Origin: a virus
DNA length: 64,000 bases
Direction: 5' to 3' (one strand)
Virus record (IMG/VR): IMGVR_UViG_3300035454_001750
Shown one piece after another: positions 25,902-36,113 of the stretch. A program made the translations under genes and the position numbers. The notes under the pieces are model-generated. The model made no database searches. It saw only the letters and a list, made by a program, of their open reading frames with translations, and was not told where the DNA came from. Each line of letters starts with the position of its first letter. Position 1 is the stretch's first letter.

Positions 25902-25932
25902 TAAAGGTAGGTAAAACATTAATACGTGTCAA
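25902..25932 (-). promoter_or_regulatory. Candidate leftward early promoter
   Basis: TTGACA-N17-TACCTT; TACCTTTA is also close to the Bacteroidota -7 TAnnTTTG. Confidence 0.55.
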
Positions 25933-25939
25933 TACCTTA

Positions 25940-26019
25940 TAACTAACTGTATGTCAATACGTTATAAGGGCAAAATCACTTGTATATACAAGTTTAACTA
26001 ACTGTATGTCAATACGTTA
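25940..26019. repeat. Two perfect 25-bp direct repeats TAACTAACTGTATGTCAATACGTTA
   Basis: Copies at 25940-25964 and 25995-26019; partial third copy at 25927-25939. Confidence 0.9.
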
Positions 26020-26290
26020 CATTAATTAACATAATGAGCACCTATTAAAAATCAAAAACTTGAAACTATTCAAAAGTAACACAAAGTTTTGAAAAAATTA
26101 AATATCGATAATTATGGTAATATCATCCTCATAGGGACTATATAATTGCAGCCAGTTCGATAGTATGGTATAATAAAAAAGGTAATTATCGATATTAAGT
26201 TATTAAGGTATGTTATATAATAAAAAGTAAAGGTGTAATTATCATAAAAGGTATAAAGGTATAAAAGTGCAATATGCCCGGGGAGATTAG

Positions 26291-26386
26291 TATATAGGTA
26301 AAAGGTGTAAAGGTGTAAAGGTGTAAAAGGATAAATGGATCCGTGTAAAGGTGTAAAAGGATAAATGGATCCGTATATAGGTAAAA
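26291..26386. repeat. AAAGGTGT short repeats with a perfect 30-bp tandem duplication
   Basis: 26313-26342 is identical to 26343-26372; flanked by TATATAGGTAAAA copies. Confidence 0.9.
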
Positions 26387-26876
26387 AATGGTAGGGTAGC
26401 CGGGCTCCCGATGTGCGGCCGCACATTTGTCGATATGTGTACACGGGAAAAAGGTGATCCCCTGTGACCGCTACATATCCACCGTCGCATCTGAAGAGGG
26501 GAAAAGTGGGTCGTACCCCTTAAAATTTTATACCAAAATTATTGAGGCAAAATGAAAATGTGAATATCAGGAAGGTTTGAATATAGTATATGGTTGTATA
26601 TACTTATTACTATATTGGTATATAATAAATTTTCACATGATGTTGAATTAATTCATAGATAATATACTCAAAAAAAATTTTACAAAATTTTTATTAGGAA
26701 AATACAGGAAAAGTATTATCATTTATTGTGTATAGTAAATTATAAAAAGTATTAAAAAAGTGGTGGAGATAGCTTGGACATTAAAAGGAAATATACAGAC
26801 GGTGAGGATATAGTAAAGGATTTATTTGTGTTTTTTATTTATTATGGTATATTTAAAGAAAAAATTAATAAAAAAG

Positions 26877-27479
26877 ATGAAAAGAAAAAGAAAAATATCA
26901 AAATACCCTGAACCAGAATTTCTTCCTCCTCCAGTAGTTACAAATGGGAATGAAATATGGAAGAAAGAATATGTCAGGCATGTCTTCTTTTTTTCTTTAT
27001 TAGGGGCAACTGATTTACAAATAGCTCAGGTTTTTGGTGTTTCACCAAAAACCATTGAACTTTGGAAAAGAACAAAACCTGAGTTTATGCATTCCATGAA
27101 ACAAGGGAAAATGATAGCAGACGGACAAGTCGTTCACTCTTTATATTTAGCGGCCATTGGGTATAGTCATAATGATGAAGTTATCATTCCAAACAAAGTA
27201 AAAATTTATGGGGAGAATGGAAAGGTAAAAAAGGAATATACAAAAATTATAAGAGTAAAAACGGTAAAAAATTATCCACCCAACGTAACAGCGGCAATTA
27301 AATGGTTGCAGGCACGTCAGCCAGATGTATGGGGTAAGAAATTGAAATTAGAAGGAACGGTTGAACATAATCATAAATTAGATTTGAGTGGATTTACAGA
27401 ACAGGAATTGGAAGTGTTGAAAAAATTAAACCGTAAAAGTACAGGGGAAATTGAGGATATAGGTTATGAGGATGTATGA
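26877..27479 (+). CDS. terS: Terminase small subunit
   Basis: LLGATDLQIAQVFGVSPKTIELWK HTH, PPNVTAAIKWL; precedes TerL. Confidence 0.9.
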   Translation: MKRKRKISKYPEPEFLPPPVVTNGNEIWKKEYVRHVFFFSLLGATDLQIAQVFGVSPKTIELWKRTKPEFMHSMKQGKMIADGQVVHSLYLAAIGYSHNDEVIIPNKVKIYGENGKVKKEYTKIIRVKTVKNYPPNVTAAIKWLQARQPDVWGKKLKLEGTVEHNHKLDLSGFTEQELEVLKKLNRKSTGEIEDIGYEDV

Positions 27480-29010
27480 AACTGGTATAGAGGAAACAAC
27501 TACCGGGTTAATGAGTGACCCGGTACTGGAGAAGTTAATGAAGAACCCTTTGTTAATTCAGAGGGAACTTAATGACCGTTCTCTTTACCAGTTTTTACGT
27601 TGGGCATGGCCTGAAATCAGTGGACAACCATTTGTGGATAATTGGCACATTAGGTTCTTATGCAAGGAGTTGGAGGAAGTAGCCCACAGGGTAGGTAACC
27701 GGCAACCAAAAAAGCATGATTTGTTGATTAACGTTCCACCCGGTTCTACAAAGACCATTATTTGCAGTATTGTCTTTCCCGTATGGTGTTGGACAAAATG
27801 GTTTTGGATGCGTTTTATTACAGCCTCTTACTCTTCAACACTTTCATTAGAGTCTGCCGAATATAGCCGTGACTTAATCAAATCAGCACGCTTTCAAGAG
27901 CTGTACCCGGAGCTGGGAATCAAGGCGGATAAAGATACGAAGGGAAACTTTAAAATTGTAAAAAAGACACAGTCACGTATAAGCAACCATAAGCATGGTG
28001 AAATATTAGGGGGTAACCGTTACAGTACCTCCGTTGGTGGCACGCTAACAGGGTTTCACGGTGATATTATTATATGGGATGACCCGATAAACCCGCAGCA
28101 AACGTTCTCAGACCTGCAATTAGAAATAGCTAACAAATGGATTGACCAAACGTTACCTACACGTAAAACAAATAAAAATGTGTCGGTAACGATAGGTATT
28201 ATGCAAAGACTTCACCAAAATGATCCTTCAGGGCATTTACTTTCAAAAAATAAGGAAAACCTTCGACATTTAAGTCTCCCCGGTGAAATTCGGAACTTTC
28301 AGAAATATTTAAAACCACGTGGTTTAAAAAGGTATTATGTGGATGACCTGTTTGACGTAAACCGGTTAAGTTGGCATGTGTTACAGGAGTTAGAGATTGA
28401 CTTGGGGCAGTATGGGTTTGCCGGACAGATTGGACAAAACCCAGCACCGGCTGGCGGTGGTATGTTCAAAACAGACCATTTTCAGATGACCAGCGAAATA
28501 TTTCCAAAGAAAGAGTATGTACAAACTGTTAGGTATTGGGATAAGGCAGGTTCAGCAAAAGGAAAAGGGGCTTACACCACAGGTGTAAAAATAAGTAAAC
28601 TGAAAAACGGAATGTTTTTGGTGGACGATGTTAAACGGGGGCGTTGGACATCGGATCAAAGGGAAAGAATTATTTTACAAACAGCAGAGGCAGATGGGCA
28701 TGATGTGATAGTTGTGGTAGAACAAGAACCGGGGTCAGGTGGAATGGAGTCTGCACAAAACACTATACGCAATCTTGCAGGGTTTTTAGCTGAGGCAGAT
28801 CGACCTTCAGGGGATAAGACAGTACGTGCAGACCCATTATCGGTACAGGTAAACAGTGGGAATGTGTTGTTAAGGGTAGCGGAGTGGAACGTTAAGTATA
28901 AGGAGGAGTTTGGGTTGTTTCCAAACAGTACGTACAAAGACCAAGTAGATGCAACTGCTGGTGGATTTAATTATTTGACACGTAAAAAAGAGGTTAAACG
29001 TATAACTTAA
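27466..29010 (+). CDS. terL: Terminase large subunit
   Basis: INVPPGSTKT, IIWDDP, IMQRLH, nuclease YWDKA...DQVDA. Confidence 0.95.
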   Translation: MRMYETGIEETTTGLMSDPVLEKLMKNPLLIQRELNDRSLYQFLRWAWPEISGQPFVDNWHIRFLCKELEEVAHRVGNRQPKKHDLLINVPPGSTKTIICSIVFPVWCWTKWFWMRFITASYSSTLSLESAEYSRDLIKSARFQELYPELGIKADKDTKGNFKIVKKTQSRISNHKHGEILGGNRYSTSVGGTLTGFHGDIIIWDDPINPQQTFSDLQLEIANKWIDQTLPTRKTNKNVSVTIGIMQRLHQNDPSGHLLSKNKENLRHLSLPGEIRNFQKYLKPRGLKRYYVDDLFDVNRLSWHVLQELEIDLGQYGFAGQIGQNPAPAGGGMFKTDHFQMTSEIFPKKEYVQTVRYWDKAGSAKGKGAYTTGVKISKLKNGMFLVDDVKRGRWTSDQRERIILQTAEADGHDVIVVVEQEPGSGGMESAQNTIRNLAGFLAEADRPSGDKTVRADPLSVQVNSGNVLLRVAEWNVKYKEEFGLFPNSTYKDQVDATAGGFNYLTRKKEVKRIT

Positions 29011-29021
29011 TATTTTAAGAT

Positions 29022-29288
29022 ATGGGGGGTATAAGTAACACGTTTGAAAATGATTTTCTGAAAAATACCATTCAGAACTCTGACCATTATTATATAGGGG
29101 AGCTGGTTCGTGGTGAATCTAAAGTGCATACTATATTATGTGCGAAGTCAGAGGTACTCACTTTACTTTCTGTACCCTCTAATGTTAAAACAAATGTACA
29201 AGGTTTATCTGAATTACATACAGAAACAATAGGAAAATCTGAAACACATCCAATTATTAGTAAACAATCTAAATTAATGGTGTTATGA
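29022..29288 (+). CDS. Hypothetical protein
   Basis: ORF in the structural operon. Confidence 0.55.
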   Translation: MGGISNTFENDFLKNTIQNSDHYYIGELVRGESKVHTILCAKSEVLTLLSVPSNVKTNVQGLSELHTETIGKSETHPIISKQSKLMVL

Positions 29289-29602
29289 GTACAAGTGTGA
29301 ATATTTACGACATACAGGATTTTCTTCGAATTGAGTTGTTTTATACAACTGAACTTGAAGATGAACCATCTTCAGTTAGTATTGCGTGGCAAGCACCAGA
29401 TAAAACAGAAGGTGAATGGGTGGAACCTGATGTGGTTTATAACCACAGTACGAAAACAGCATATTATGATGTACCGAAAGATGAACCGTTGGAAGCAGGG
29501 ACTTGGAATTTTCGGTTAGTTTTAGTTATGCCAGATGGTCGGGTATTACCCGGAGATGTTTATTCTCATAAAGTATTGAAAAAGTGGGCAGTAATAAAAT
29601 AA
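29285..29602 (+). CDS. Beta-sandwich (BppU/Ig-like) virion protein
   Basis: LEAGTWNF-type motif; beta-rich. Confidence 0.5.
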   Translation: MSTSVNIYDIQDFLRIELFYTTELEDEPSSVSIAWQAPDKTEGEWVEPDVVYNHSTKTAYYDVPKDEPLEAGTWNFRLVLVMPDGRVLPGDVYSHKVLKKWAVIK

Positions 29603-29617
29603 GTAAAATAAAAGAGT

Positions 29618-29881
29618 ATGGCACTGACAGAAACTACCAAATTTGGACTTACGTTCGGTCAAATATTGGCCGTAATGGGCATTGCAGGAGCATTAATTAC
29701 CGTTTGGGTATCTTTGAATGTACGAATAGCACAAGCTGAAATTCGTATTGAACAACTTGAAAAAGCCAGACAGGAAAATATTAAAAGTATTGAACGTTTG
29801 CATCAGGAAAGTAGAGATGACTACAAAGCACTGAATGACAAGTTGGATAAAATACTTTATGAAATTCGTAATCATAAATAA
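29618..29881 (+). CDS. Membrane protein with coiled coil (holin/XhlA-like)
   Basis: One N-terminal TM helix followed by a heptad pattern. Confidence 0.55.
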   Translation: MALTETTKFGLTFGQILAVMGIAGALITVWVSLNVRIAQAEIRIEQLEKARQENIKSIERLHQESRDDYKALNDKLDKILYEIRNHK

Positions 29882-29882
29882 A

Positions 29883-31304
29883 ATGGACGAAGAAACTAAC
29901 AGAAAGGAAAACCCAGTATCCTTACAGGCATTGGGTGAGTTGATAGGAAGGGTTTACCTTGCTGGTCAATTAGGCACAGATACATATGGTGGGAACCGGG
30001 ATGTTTATAATGCTTTGGGTTATAAAAAGGAGTTGAGGTACATAGACTATTGGTCGAGGTACAAAAGACAAGATATAGCTAAAGCTGTTATTGATCGACC
30101 GGTTAAAGCATCGTGGAAAGGGGAAATTGAAGTAATTGAAACCATCGAGGAAAAGGAAACTGCTTTTGAGAAAAGCTGGTTGCAGATATACAATGACCTT
30201 AAATTAAAAAGTATTTTTATTCGTGCAGATAAACTTACTGGTATTGGAAGATACTCTGTTCTTTTGCTTGGTTTAAGTGATGTTACTAAAGAAGATGACT
30301 TTATCAAACCGGTAACTAAAAAGAATGGACTGAAATTATTGTATGTAAAACCAATATCAGAAATAAATGCGGATATTGGGGAGTTCGTAACAGACCCAAC
30401 AGATGTGCGTTTTGGGTTACCTAAAACGTACAATTTAAAAACATCTGACGGGAGAAATACTAAATCAATAAGTGTTCATTACTCACGTATTGTGCATCTT
30501 GTTGAAGATTTGGGTGAAAATGAGGTATTTGGGACACCACGTTTGGAGTCGTTATATAATAGGCTTGTTGACTTGGAAAAACTAATCGGTGGTGATGCTG
30601 AAATGTTTTGGCGTGGTGCTCGTCCCGGTTATACTGGTGAGGTTGACCCTGATTATCAAATGTCAGAAAAAGCAAGAGCAGATTTACAAGAACAAATTGC
30701 TGAATTTGAAAATAATTTAAGACGTGTATTGGTTAATCAGGGCGTAAAATATAACGCATTGGCACAACAAATTGCAGACCCGATAAATCATGTGGATGTA
30801 CAAATACAGATGATTTCAGCAGTAACCGGTATTCCAAAACGTATATTGACTGGTTCTGAACGTGGGGAACTTTCATCTGCACAGGACAAACTTGAATGGA
30901 TCGCTTATGTAACTTCCAGAAGGGAGGAACAAAATGAACCAATGATCTTACGCCCGTTTATTGACAAGTGTATTGAAATAGGTGTACTTCCAAAACCAGC
31001 CAAACCATATACGATTGTATGGGATAAGTTGTTCAGTTTATCAGACAAAGAAAAAGTCGAGATGGGCAAAATAAGGGCAGAAGCACTGAAAGAGTACACA
31101 ACGAATGGAATTACACAGGAGATTATACCTGTTGATACCTTTGCTGAATACTTTCTTGCATTTGATAAAACTCAAATAGCGGAGATAATGAGTAAAATTG
31201 ATTTGGAAAGAATCCGTGAAACTGCTTTATCTTTGGTTGAAAAGGAGATAATGAAGGAAGGTAAACCGGCTGCCGGTGTCCCACCAGTTACAGAAAAAGA
31301 TTAA
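29883..31304 (+). CDS. Portal protein (DUF1073-like)
   Basis: IAKAVIDRP, VHYSRIVH, GIPKRILTG; size and position. Confidence 0.9.
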   Translation: MDEETNRKENPVSLQALGELIGRVYLAGQLGTDTYGGNRDVYNALGYKKELRYIDYWSRYKRQDIAKAVIDRPVKASWKGEIEVIETIEEKETAFEKSWLQIYNDLKLKSIFIRADKLTGIGRYSVLLLGLSDVTKEDDFIKPVTKKNGLKLLYVKPISEINADIGEFVTDPTDVRFGLPKTYNLKTSDGRNTKSISVHYSRIVHLVEDLGENEVFGTPRLESLYNRLVDLEKLIGGDAEMFWRGARPGYTGEVDPDYQMSEKARADLQEQIAEFENNLRRVLVNQGVKYNALAQQIADPINHVDVQIQMISAVTGIPKRILTGSERGELSSAQDKLEWIAYVTSRREEQNEPMILRPFIDKCIEIGVLPKPAKPYTIVWDKLFSLSDKEKVEMGKIRAEALKEYTTNGITQEIIPVDTFAEYFLAFDKTQIAEIMSKIDLERIRETALSLVEKEIMKEGKPAAGVPPVTEKD

Positions 31305-31322
31305 TTTTAAAAACATAAAGTT

Positions 31323-31676
31323 ATGGCTAATTCAAAACAAGTTAAACCGTACAGTAATTACATTACCGTTGATACTAATCCGGGGGCAGGTGGTTACTGG
31401 ACAGACCCGATAGGGGTTAGAAGTAATCCTGACATTGTTCGAGTACTTTACTTTAGTGTAAGGGAAGAAAGCACAGGAACTTCAGTCGCTGTTCCTACTT
31501 TGCAGTTTAAATGTGAAGGTGATACAAATTGGACTGATTACAGTAATAATGGCGATGCTTTTGTTATTGGGGATCGTGTACGTATTGATGATAATGGACC
31601 TCGTGTTCTTTACAGGGCTGGTATCAAACAAAACGGATTTACAAGTGGAAAAGTACGAATTGGTTTTGATTGGTAA
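31323..31676 (+). CDS. Hypothetical beta-rich virion protein
   Basis: ORF in the structural operon. Confidence 0.6.
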   Translation: MANSKQVKPYSNYITVDTNPGAGGYWTDPIGVRSNPDIVRVLYFSVREESTGTSVAVPTLQFKCEGDTNWTDYSNNGDAFVIGDRVRIDDNGPRVLYRAGIKQNGFTSGKVRIGFDW

Positions 31677-31678
31677 GT

Positions 31679-32632
31679 ATGGAATTAATACAGAACATAA
31701 TAAAACCAGTTGCTCGTGGGGTAACGCAAATGGTTATACTTGGGTCAAAGTTGAAGCCTTTGATAGCGGAATTGACAGCTACCGGCAACGGTACGGGGGT
31801 CAGTACACTGCGATTTGAGGTTTCAGAGGAACAGGTTATCACTTTAGACGGGACGGCACGTTTCTACACGGATTCAGCAGGGACGACAGGGGAATCAACG
31901 TCGTGGACTGTCACGCCGGGGGCATTACGAACAATATATCTTCGTGCGCCATCTGGTACGTCTTATATGAGGATTCCGAGGCCGGGGAGGGTGATTAATT
32001 GGGGCAATACAAATACAGATGGATGGACAAGCGGGACTAATGCGGCGAGGATTACGATTACACCGGCTAAGTTGGGGTTGATTAATCTTAGGATTACGGG
32101 TAATAGCGTGATTGTTGGGGCTTTGCCGGAAAATATGACAGGAACATTGAGATTAGAGGGGTCAGCTATTTCTTGGACACATACAGGTGCATTACCACAG
32201 GGAATTACAGGGCAGTTATATCTTTCAAGTTCAAATATATTTTGGACGTATAATGGTCCATTTCCATCAGGCGTAAGCGCGCAGCTAGTAATCGAGGGTT
32301 CAAATATATTTTGGACGCATAATGGCCCATTACCATCGGGTGCGTCAATAATATTACAGCTCAACGGATCGAACATTAATTGGACATATAATCAAATACA
32401 TGGCACGACCAACTTTTCAACTTTCAACCTCGCAAATTTCCGCATCTCCAAAATGAGCAGCGCCGACATGGTTATACTTTTGGATTCCATGCGCACAAAA
32501 ACAGGGACATTCCCTGCCACTGTCACGATAAATGACTACGCTGATTACCTTAATCCTCCGCAAGAGGTTATAGATGCTGTGGCTGCATTGAAAGCAGCCA
32601 AATCAATTACAACCGTAAACTTAGGAGCCTAA
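31679..32632 (+). CDS. Repeat-containing (LRR/beta-solenoid-like) putative head fibre protein
   Basis: About four 22-aa repeats LxLxGSNIxWTxNGxLPxG. Confidence 0.6.
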   Translation: MELIQNIIKPVARGVTQMVILGSKLKPLIAELTATGNGTGVSTLRFEVSEEQVITLDGTARFYTDSAGTTGESTSWTVTPGALRTIYLRAPSGTSYMRIPRPGRVINWGNTNTDGWTSGTNAARITITPAKLGLINLRITGNSVIVGALPENMTGTLRLEGSAISWTHTGALPQGITGQLYLSSSNIFWTYNGPFPSGVSAQLVIEGSNIFWTHNGPLPSGASIILQLNGSNINWTYNQIHGTTNFSTFNLANFRISKMSSADMVILLDSMRTKTGTFPATVTINDYADYLNPPQEVIDAVAALKAAKSITTVNLGA

Positions 32633-32931
32633 TGAAACAGATATTAAGTATACAAAACACGCTAATAGTCTCAGATATTGAGGCTGTTGTATTGGCACAT
32701 CCAACTACTGTATTTACAGATGACAATGTGCAGGTAGAACTATTTGCAGATGAACTATACACGCAAGGGTTGAACACGGATCATGTTGATAGCACGTTAA
32801 ATCAGTTGGCAGACATTGAACCTGTTATTACGGTGGTATCATTAGGAGATTCACCCCGCACAACTGCCAGTGATGAAGCCGTTTCGAAACTTGTTGCAAA
32901 AAACACAATCATAATCACACCGGAACCATGA
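32632..32931 (+). CDS. Hypothetical protein
   Basis: TAATG coupling to the upstream gene. Confidence 0.6.
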   Translation: MKQILSIQNTLIVSDIEAVVLAHPTTVFTDDNVQVELFADELYTQGLNTDHVDSTLNQLADIEPVITVVSLGDSPRTTASDEAVSKLVAKNTIIITPEP

Positions 32932-33143
32932 AGAAAGTAAAGATTAACAAGGGCAAATGTGCAGTCATTGAAAGAAATGGCAAATTGATAGCTGTTAAGG
33001 AGGCGAAACACAACCTTCTGATTGAATGTCCTGATGATATTACCGTCACTGATAAAACCAAAAGTAAGCTAAATAAGGCTGAAAATGACAAACTGAAATA
33101 GGTTCACCTTGGGGATAATATGAAACAAAATATTATGTAAATT

Positions 33144-34085
33144 ATGTGTGAAATTTGCGAAAATACAATTACAGTAAATGCGGCTACCGTTAGTAAACAG
33201 TATGATCCGACACGTACCACAACGTTGCGTAATATGATGGTTCGTGAAAGTAATCGTAGGTTTGATATTATATCAGGGGAGATGGCAAAAGCTGTATTTA
33301 TTGATGATGTATTCGGGTTAACACTGGAAGTATTACAAACACCCGGTAAAAATGCTTATGCTTATATGGGTAATCCGCAGAAAATCAATGAATTTTTAAA
33401 ATGGTTGGAGGATTTAATAAATCGTGATATTATTGAGGTTTGGGGAATACCGGATACCGCTACAAGAAGGAATTGGTTGTATAAGTACCTGTTGACAGCA
33501 TATCAAAGGGGTGTTGTAAGGGCAAGGGAGGAATTACGGAAGGCAGGGTATAATGTACCTACCATTGTAGCATCAGGTGGATTGGCAACGGTAATGTCTG
33601 CCCCTATTCATTTAGATACTATTGCATTGATGTACACACGAACATTCAATGAATTGGTAGGTGTGACAAACCAAATGAAACAGGTAATTTCCAGAATATT
33701 GGCTGAAGGATTAATGAGTGGAACAAATCCACGTGTATTAGCAAGAGAATTAGTCGCAGCAATAAATGGAAAAGGTATTGGTGATTTAGGGATATTTGAT
33801 CGTTTAGGTAGGTTCATTCCTGCTAAAAGGAGAGCGGAGATAATTGCACGTACAGAAATTATAAGGGCGCATCATTATGCAAATATAATGGAGTACAAAA
33901 CATGGGGTGTTTATGGTGTGTCTGTAATGGCAGAATTTCAGACAGCCGGAGATAACCGTGTATGTTCTGAATGTGAGGGTTTGAATGGACAAATATTTAC
34001 ATTGGATGAAATACTTCCGATGATTCCTGTCCACCCTCAATGTAGATGTATAGCGTTACCAATCGTAAAACCAAAAACATCATGA
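33144..34085 (+). CDS. Head morphogenesis protein (SPP1 gp7 / Mu gpF family)
   Basis: RAEIIARTE, TAGDNRVCSEC, PVHPQCRC. Confidence 0.92.
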   Translation: MCEICENTITVNAATVSKQYDPTRTTTLRNMMVRESNRRFDIISGEMAKAVFIDDVFGLTLEVLQTPGKNAYAYMGNPQKINEFLKWLEDLINRDIIEVWGIPDTATRRNWLYKYLLTAYQRGVVRAREELRKAGYNVPTIVASGGLATVMSAPIHLDTIALMYTRTFNELVGVTNQMKQVISRILAEGLMSGTNPRVLARELVAAINGKGIGDLGIFDRLGRFIPAKRRAEIIARTEIIRAHHYANIMEYKTWGVYGVSVMAEFQTAGDNRVCSECEGLNGQIFTLDEILPMIPVHPQCRCIALPIVKPKTS

Positions 34086-34221
34086 AGCTTCCGTGGTACA
34101 TAAAAAATAAAGGAATGTATTGTGAGAGTGGCAAAATTTATGTAAAAATACAAATATCCAAAATTTATATTGTATATTTGTATATATTTACTATTTTTAA
34201 CATTGTTTTAAAACGTCTGGC

Positions 34222-35631
34222 ATGGAAATAGTTTTGGTTTATTCACAAATTGCACAGGAGGCTCAGACATACACTCCTGTACAAAAAACATGGCAAGGAC
34301 GTGAATACCTTGTTGTTCCTGTTGTTATGATGGTAGAAGGTGTTCATAATGGTAGTAGAGGACCTATTCTTCATAAAGCAACTGAATTAGAAAAAACAGT
34401 TTCAAAATGGGATGGTGTAACAGTAACAATTTCCCACCCACAAATAAACGGTACGTTTGTTTCGGCAAATTCTGAACAAGTACAAAATGATTGGGGAGTA
34501 GGCCATGTAATGAATGCCTATATGGATGGTGTGCGGTTAAAAGCTGAAGCATGGTTGGATGTACAAAAATTAATTGCAATATCCCCTGAAACACTTGCGG
34601 CAGTACAATCCGGTAAAATTCTTGAAGTAAGTGTTGGTGTTTATAGTGAGGAAGAAGAAAACCCCGGAATTTGGAATGGAGAAGAATATACCTCAATATC
34701 GTTCAATTACACACCTGATCATCTCGCTCTTTTGCCCGGAGAGATTGGTGCTTGTAGTGTAACGGATGGTTGTGGGGTAAGAGTGAATACATCAAACAAA
34801 AAGGAAGGAGGTGAAAATGTGAATATTTCAGTTGAAAAAGTAAACAGGGCGTTAGAATTAAACTTTGGTTTCATACCAATGGTTAATGCCGAGGGTTTAC
34901 GTGAAACAATAGAAAAAGTACGGGAAAGCCTTTACATGAAAGACTCTCCAACGTCTGAGTATTATTTGGAAGAGGTGTATGCCGATCATGCCATTTATAC
35001 AAAAGTTGATTTTGTGGTGGAGGATGAAACTAAAGGTTACCGAAAACGTACAGGTGAACAGTTATACAAACAATCTTATTCATTACAAGATGGAAAAGTT
35101 GTTTGGGGGGATCAGACACAGAAAGTTGTCCGTAAAATTAGTTATGTTAATGTAAATAAAGAGGAGGTAAAAAAGATGTGTGAACCTTGTAAAGAAAAGG
35201 TAAATGCGTTGATTGCAAATGCAAATACGCATTATACCGAAAGTGACCGTGAATGGCTGGAAGCATTGTCTGAGGATAAACTCGACAAAATGATTCCAAA
35301 AGTTGTAAAGGTCAATGTGGATACTCCGGTGACACAGGAAAAAGCATTGGAGGTGTTGGGAATTGCAAAAGAACAGTATGAAAAAGGACTGGAAATTTAC
35401 AACAACCGGCGCAAAGAAGTGATCACGAACATTATTGCCAATACCGAACAGGGTGTTTGGACAGAGGAAGTTTTGAACACAATGAAACTCGATGTTCTGG
35501 AGAAACTGGAAAAAACGGCAACCACTAAAAAAGCTGGAACAGTTTACGTTGGTGGTGGTGCTGGTGTATCAGGTGGACAGGCAACAATCGCACCGATGCC
35601 TCTTCCCGGAGTTGAATTTGAACAAAAGTAA
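34222..35631 (+). CDS. Prohead protease/scaffold (DUF2213-like)
   Basis: VTISHP, EVSVG, PDHLALLP, GACS...GCG; precedes the capsid genes. Confidence 0.8.
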   Translation: MEIVLVYSQIAQEAQTYTPVQKTWQGREYLVVPVVMMVEGVHNGSRGPILHKATELEKTVSKWDGVTVTISHPQINGTFVSANSEQVQNDWGVGHVMNAYMDGVRLKAEAWLDVQKLIAISPETLAAVQSGKILEVSVGVYSEEEENPGIWNGEEYTSISFNYTPDHLALLPGEIGACSVTDGCGVRVNTSNKKEGGENVNISVEKVNRALELNFGFIPMVNAEGLRETIEKVRESLYMKDSPTSEYYLEEVYADHAIYTKVDFVVEDETKGYRKRTGEQLYKQSYSLQDGKVVWGDQTQKVVRKISYVNVNKEEVKKMCEPCKEKVNALIANANTHYTESDREWLEALSEDKLDKMIPKVVKVNVDTPVTQEKALEVLGIAKEQYEKGLEIYNNRRKEVITNIIANTEQGVWTEEVLNTMKLDVLEKLEKTATTKKAGTVYVGGGAGVSGGQATIAPMPLPGVEFEQK

Positions 35632-35650
35632 GTAAAGGAGGTTTTTTGTT

Positions 35651-36091
35651 ATGATTAAGAAAACTATTAAACTGAAAAAGTACTTGGATGTAATCGAAGA
35701 GTATCAGGCAACTGCTGTTGCTATTACTCCCGGTGCTTTGCTGGAATTGACCAGTGATGACTTGGTTCAGGCACACTCCAGCGATGGAGGTTTGGTGCTG
35801 CCAATGTTTGCCCTTGAAGATGAACTTCAGGGAAAGGAAATCAACGACAATTATGTTGCCAACGACAAAGTACAGGTTTGGGTTGCTGTTCGTGGTGAAA
35901 TTGTCAATGCTCTTATTGCCGAAAATGAAGTTGTTACAGTTGGTGACTTTTTGGTTTCCAATGGTGATGGGACTCTTCGTGTTCTTGGTTCCACCGACAC
36001 CGGTACTATTGTTGGACAGGCTGTTGAAGCCATTGACATGACCGATTCTGAGGAAGCTGCGATTGGCCGTTGTGCTGTTCGAATTTTTTAA
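35651..36091 (+). CDS. Capsid decoration/cement protein
   Basis: AITPGALL, VGDFLVSNGDG; lies between protease and major capsid protein. Confidence 0.75.
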   Translation: MIKKTIKLKKYLDVIEEYQATAVAITPGALLELTSDDLVQAHSSDGGLVLPMFALEDELQGKEINDNYVANDKVQVWVAVRGEIVNALIAENEVVTVGDFLVSNGDGTLRVLGSTDTGTIVGQAVEAIDMTDSEEAAIGRCAVRIF

Positions 36092-36113
36092 ACAATGAAA
36101 GGAGGATACAATT

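Noticed and set aside
25940..26386. Repeats as a mini CRISPR array
   Set aside because: Only two copies of each repeat, one pair is tandem with no spacer, and no cas genes are present.
26112..26490. ORFs in the repeat region
   Set aside because: Low-complexity translations of non-coding repeats.
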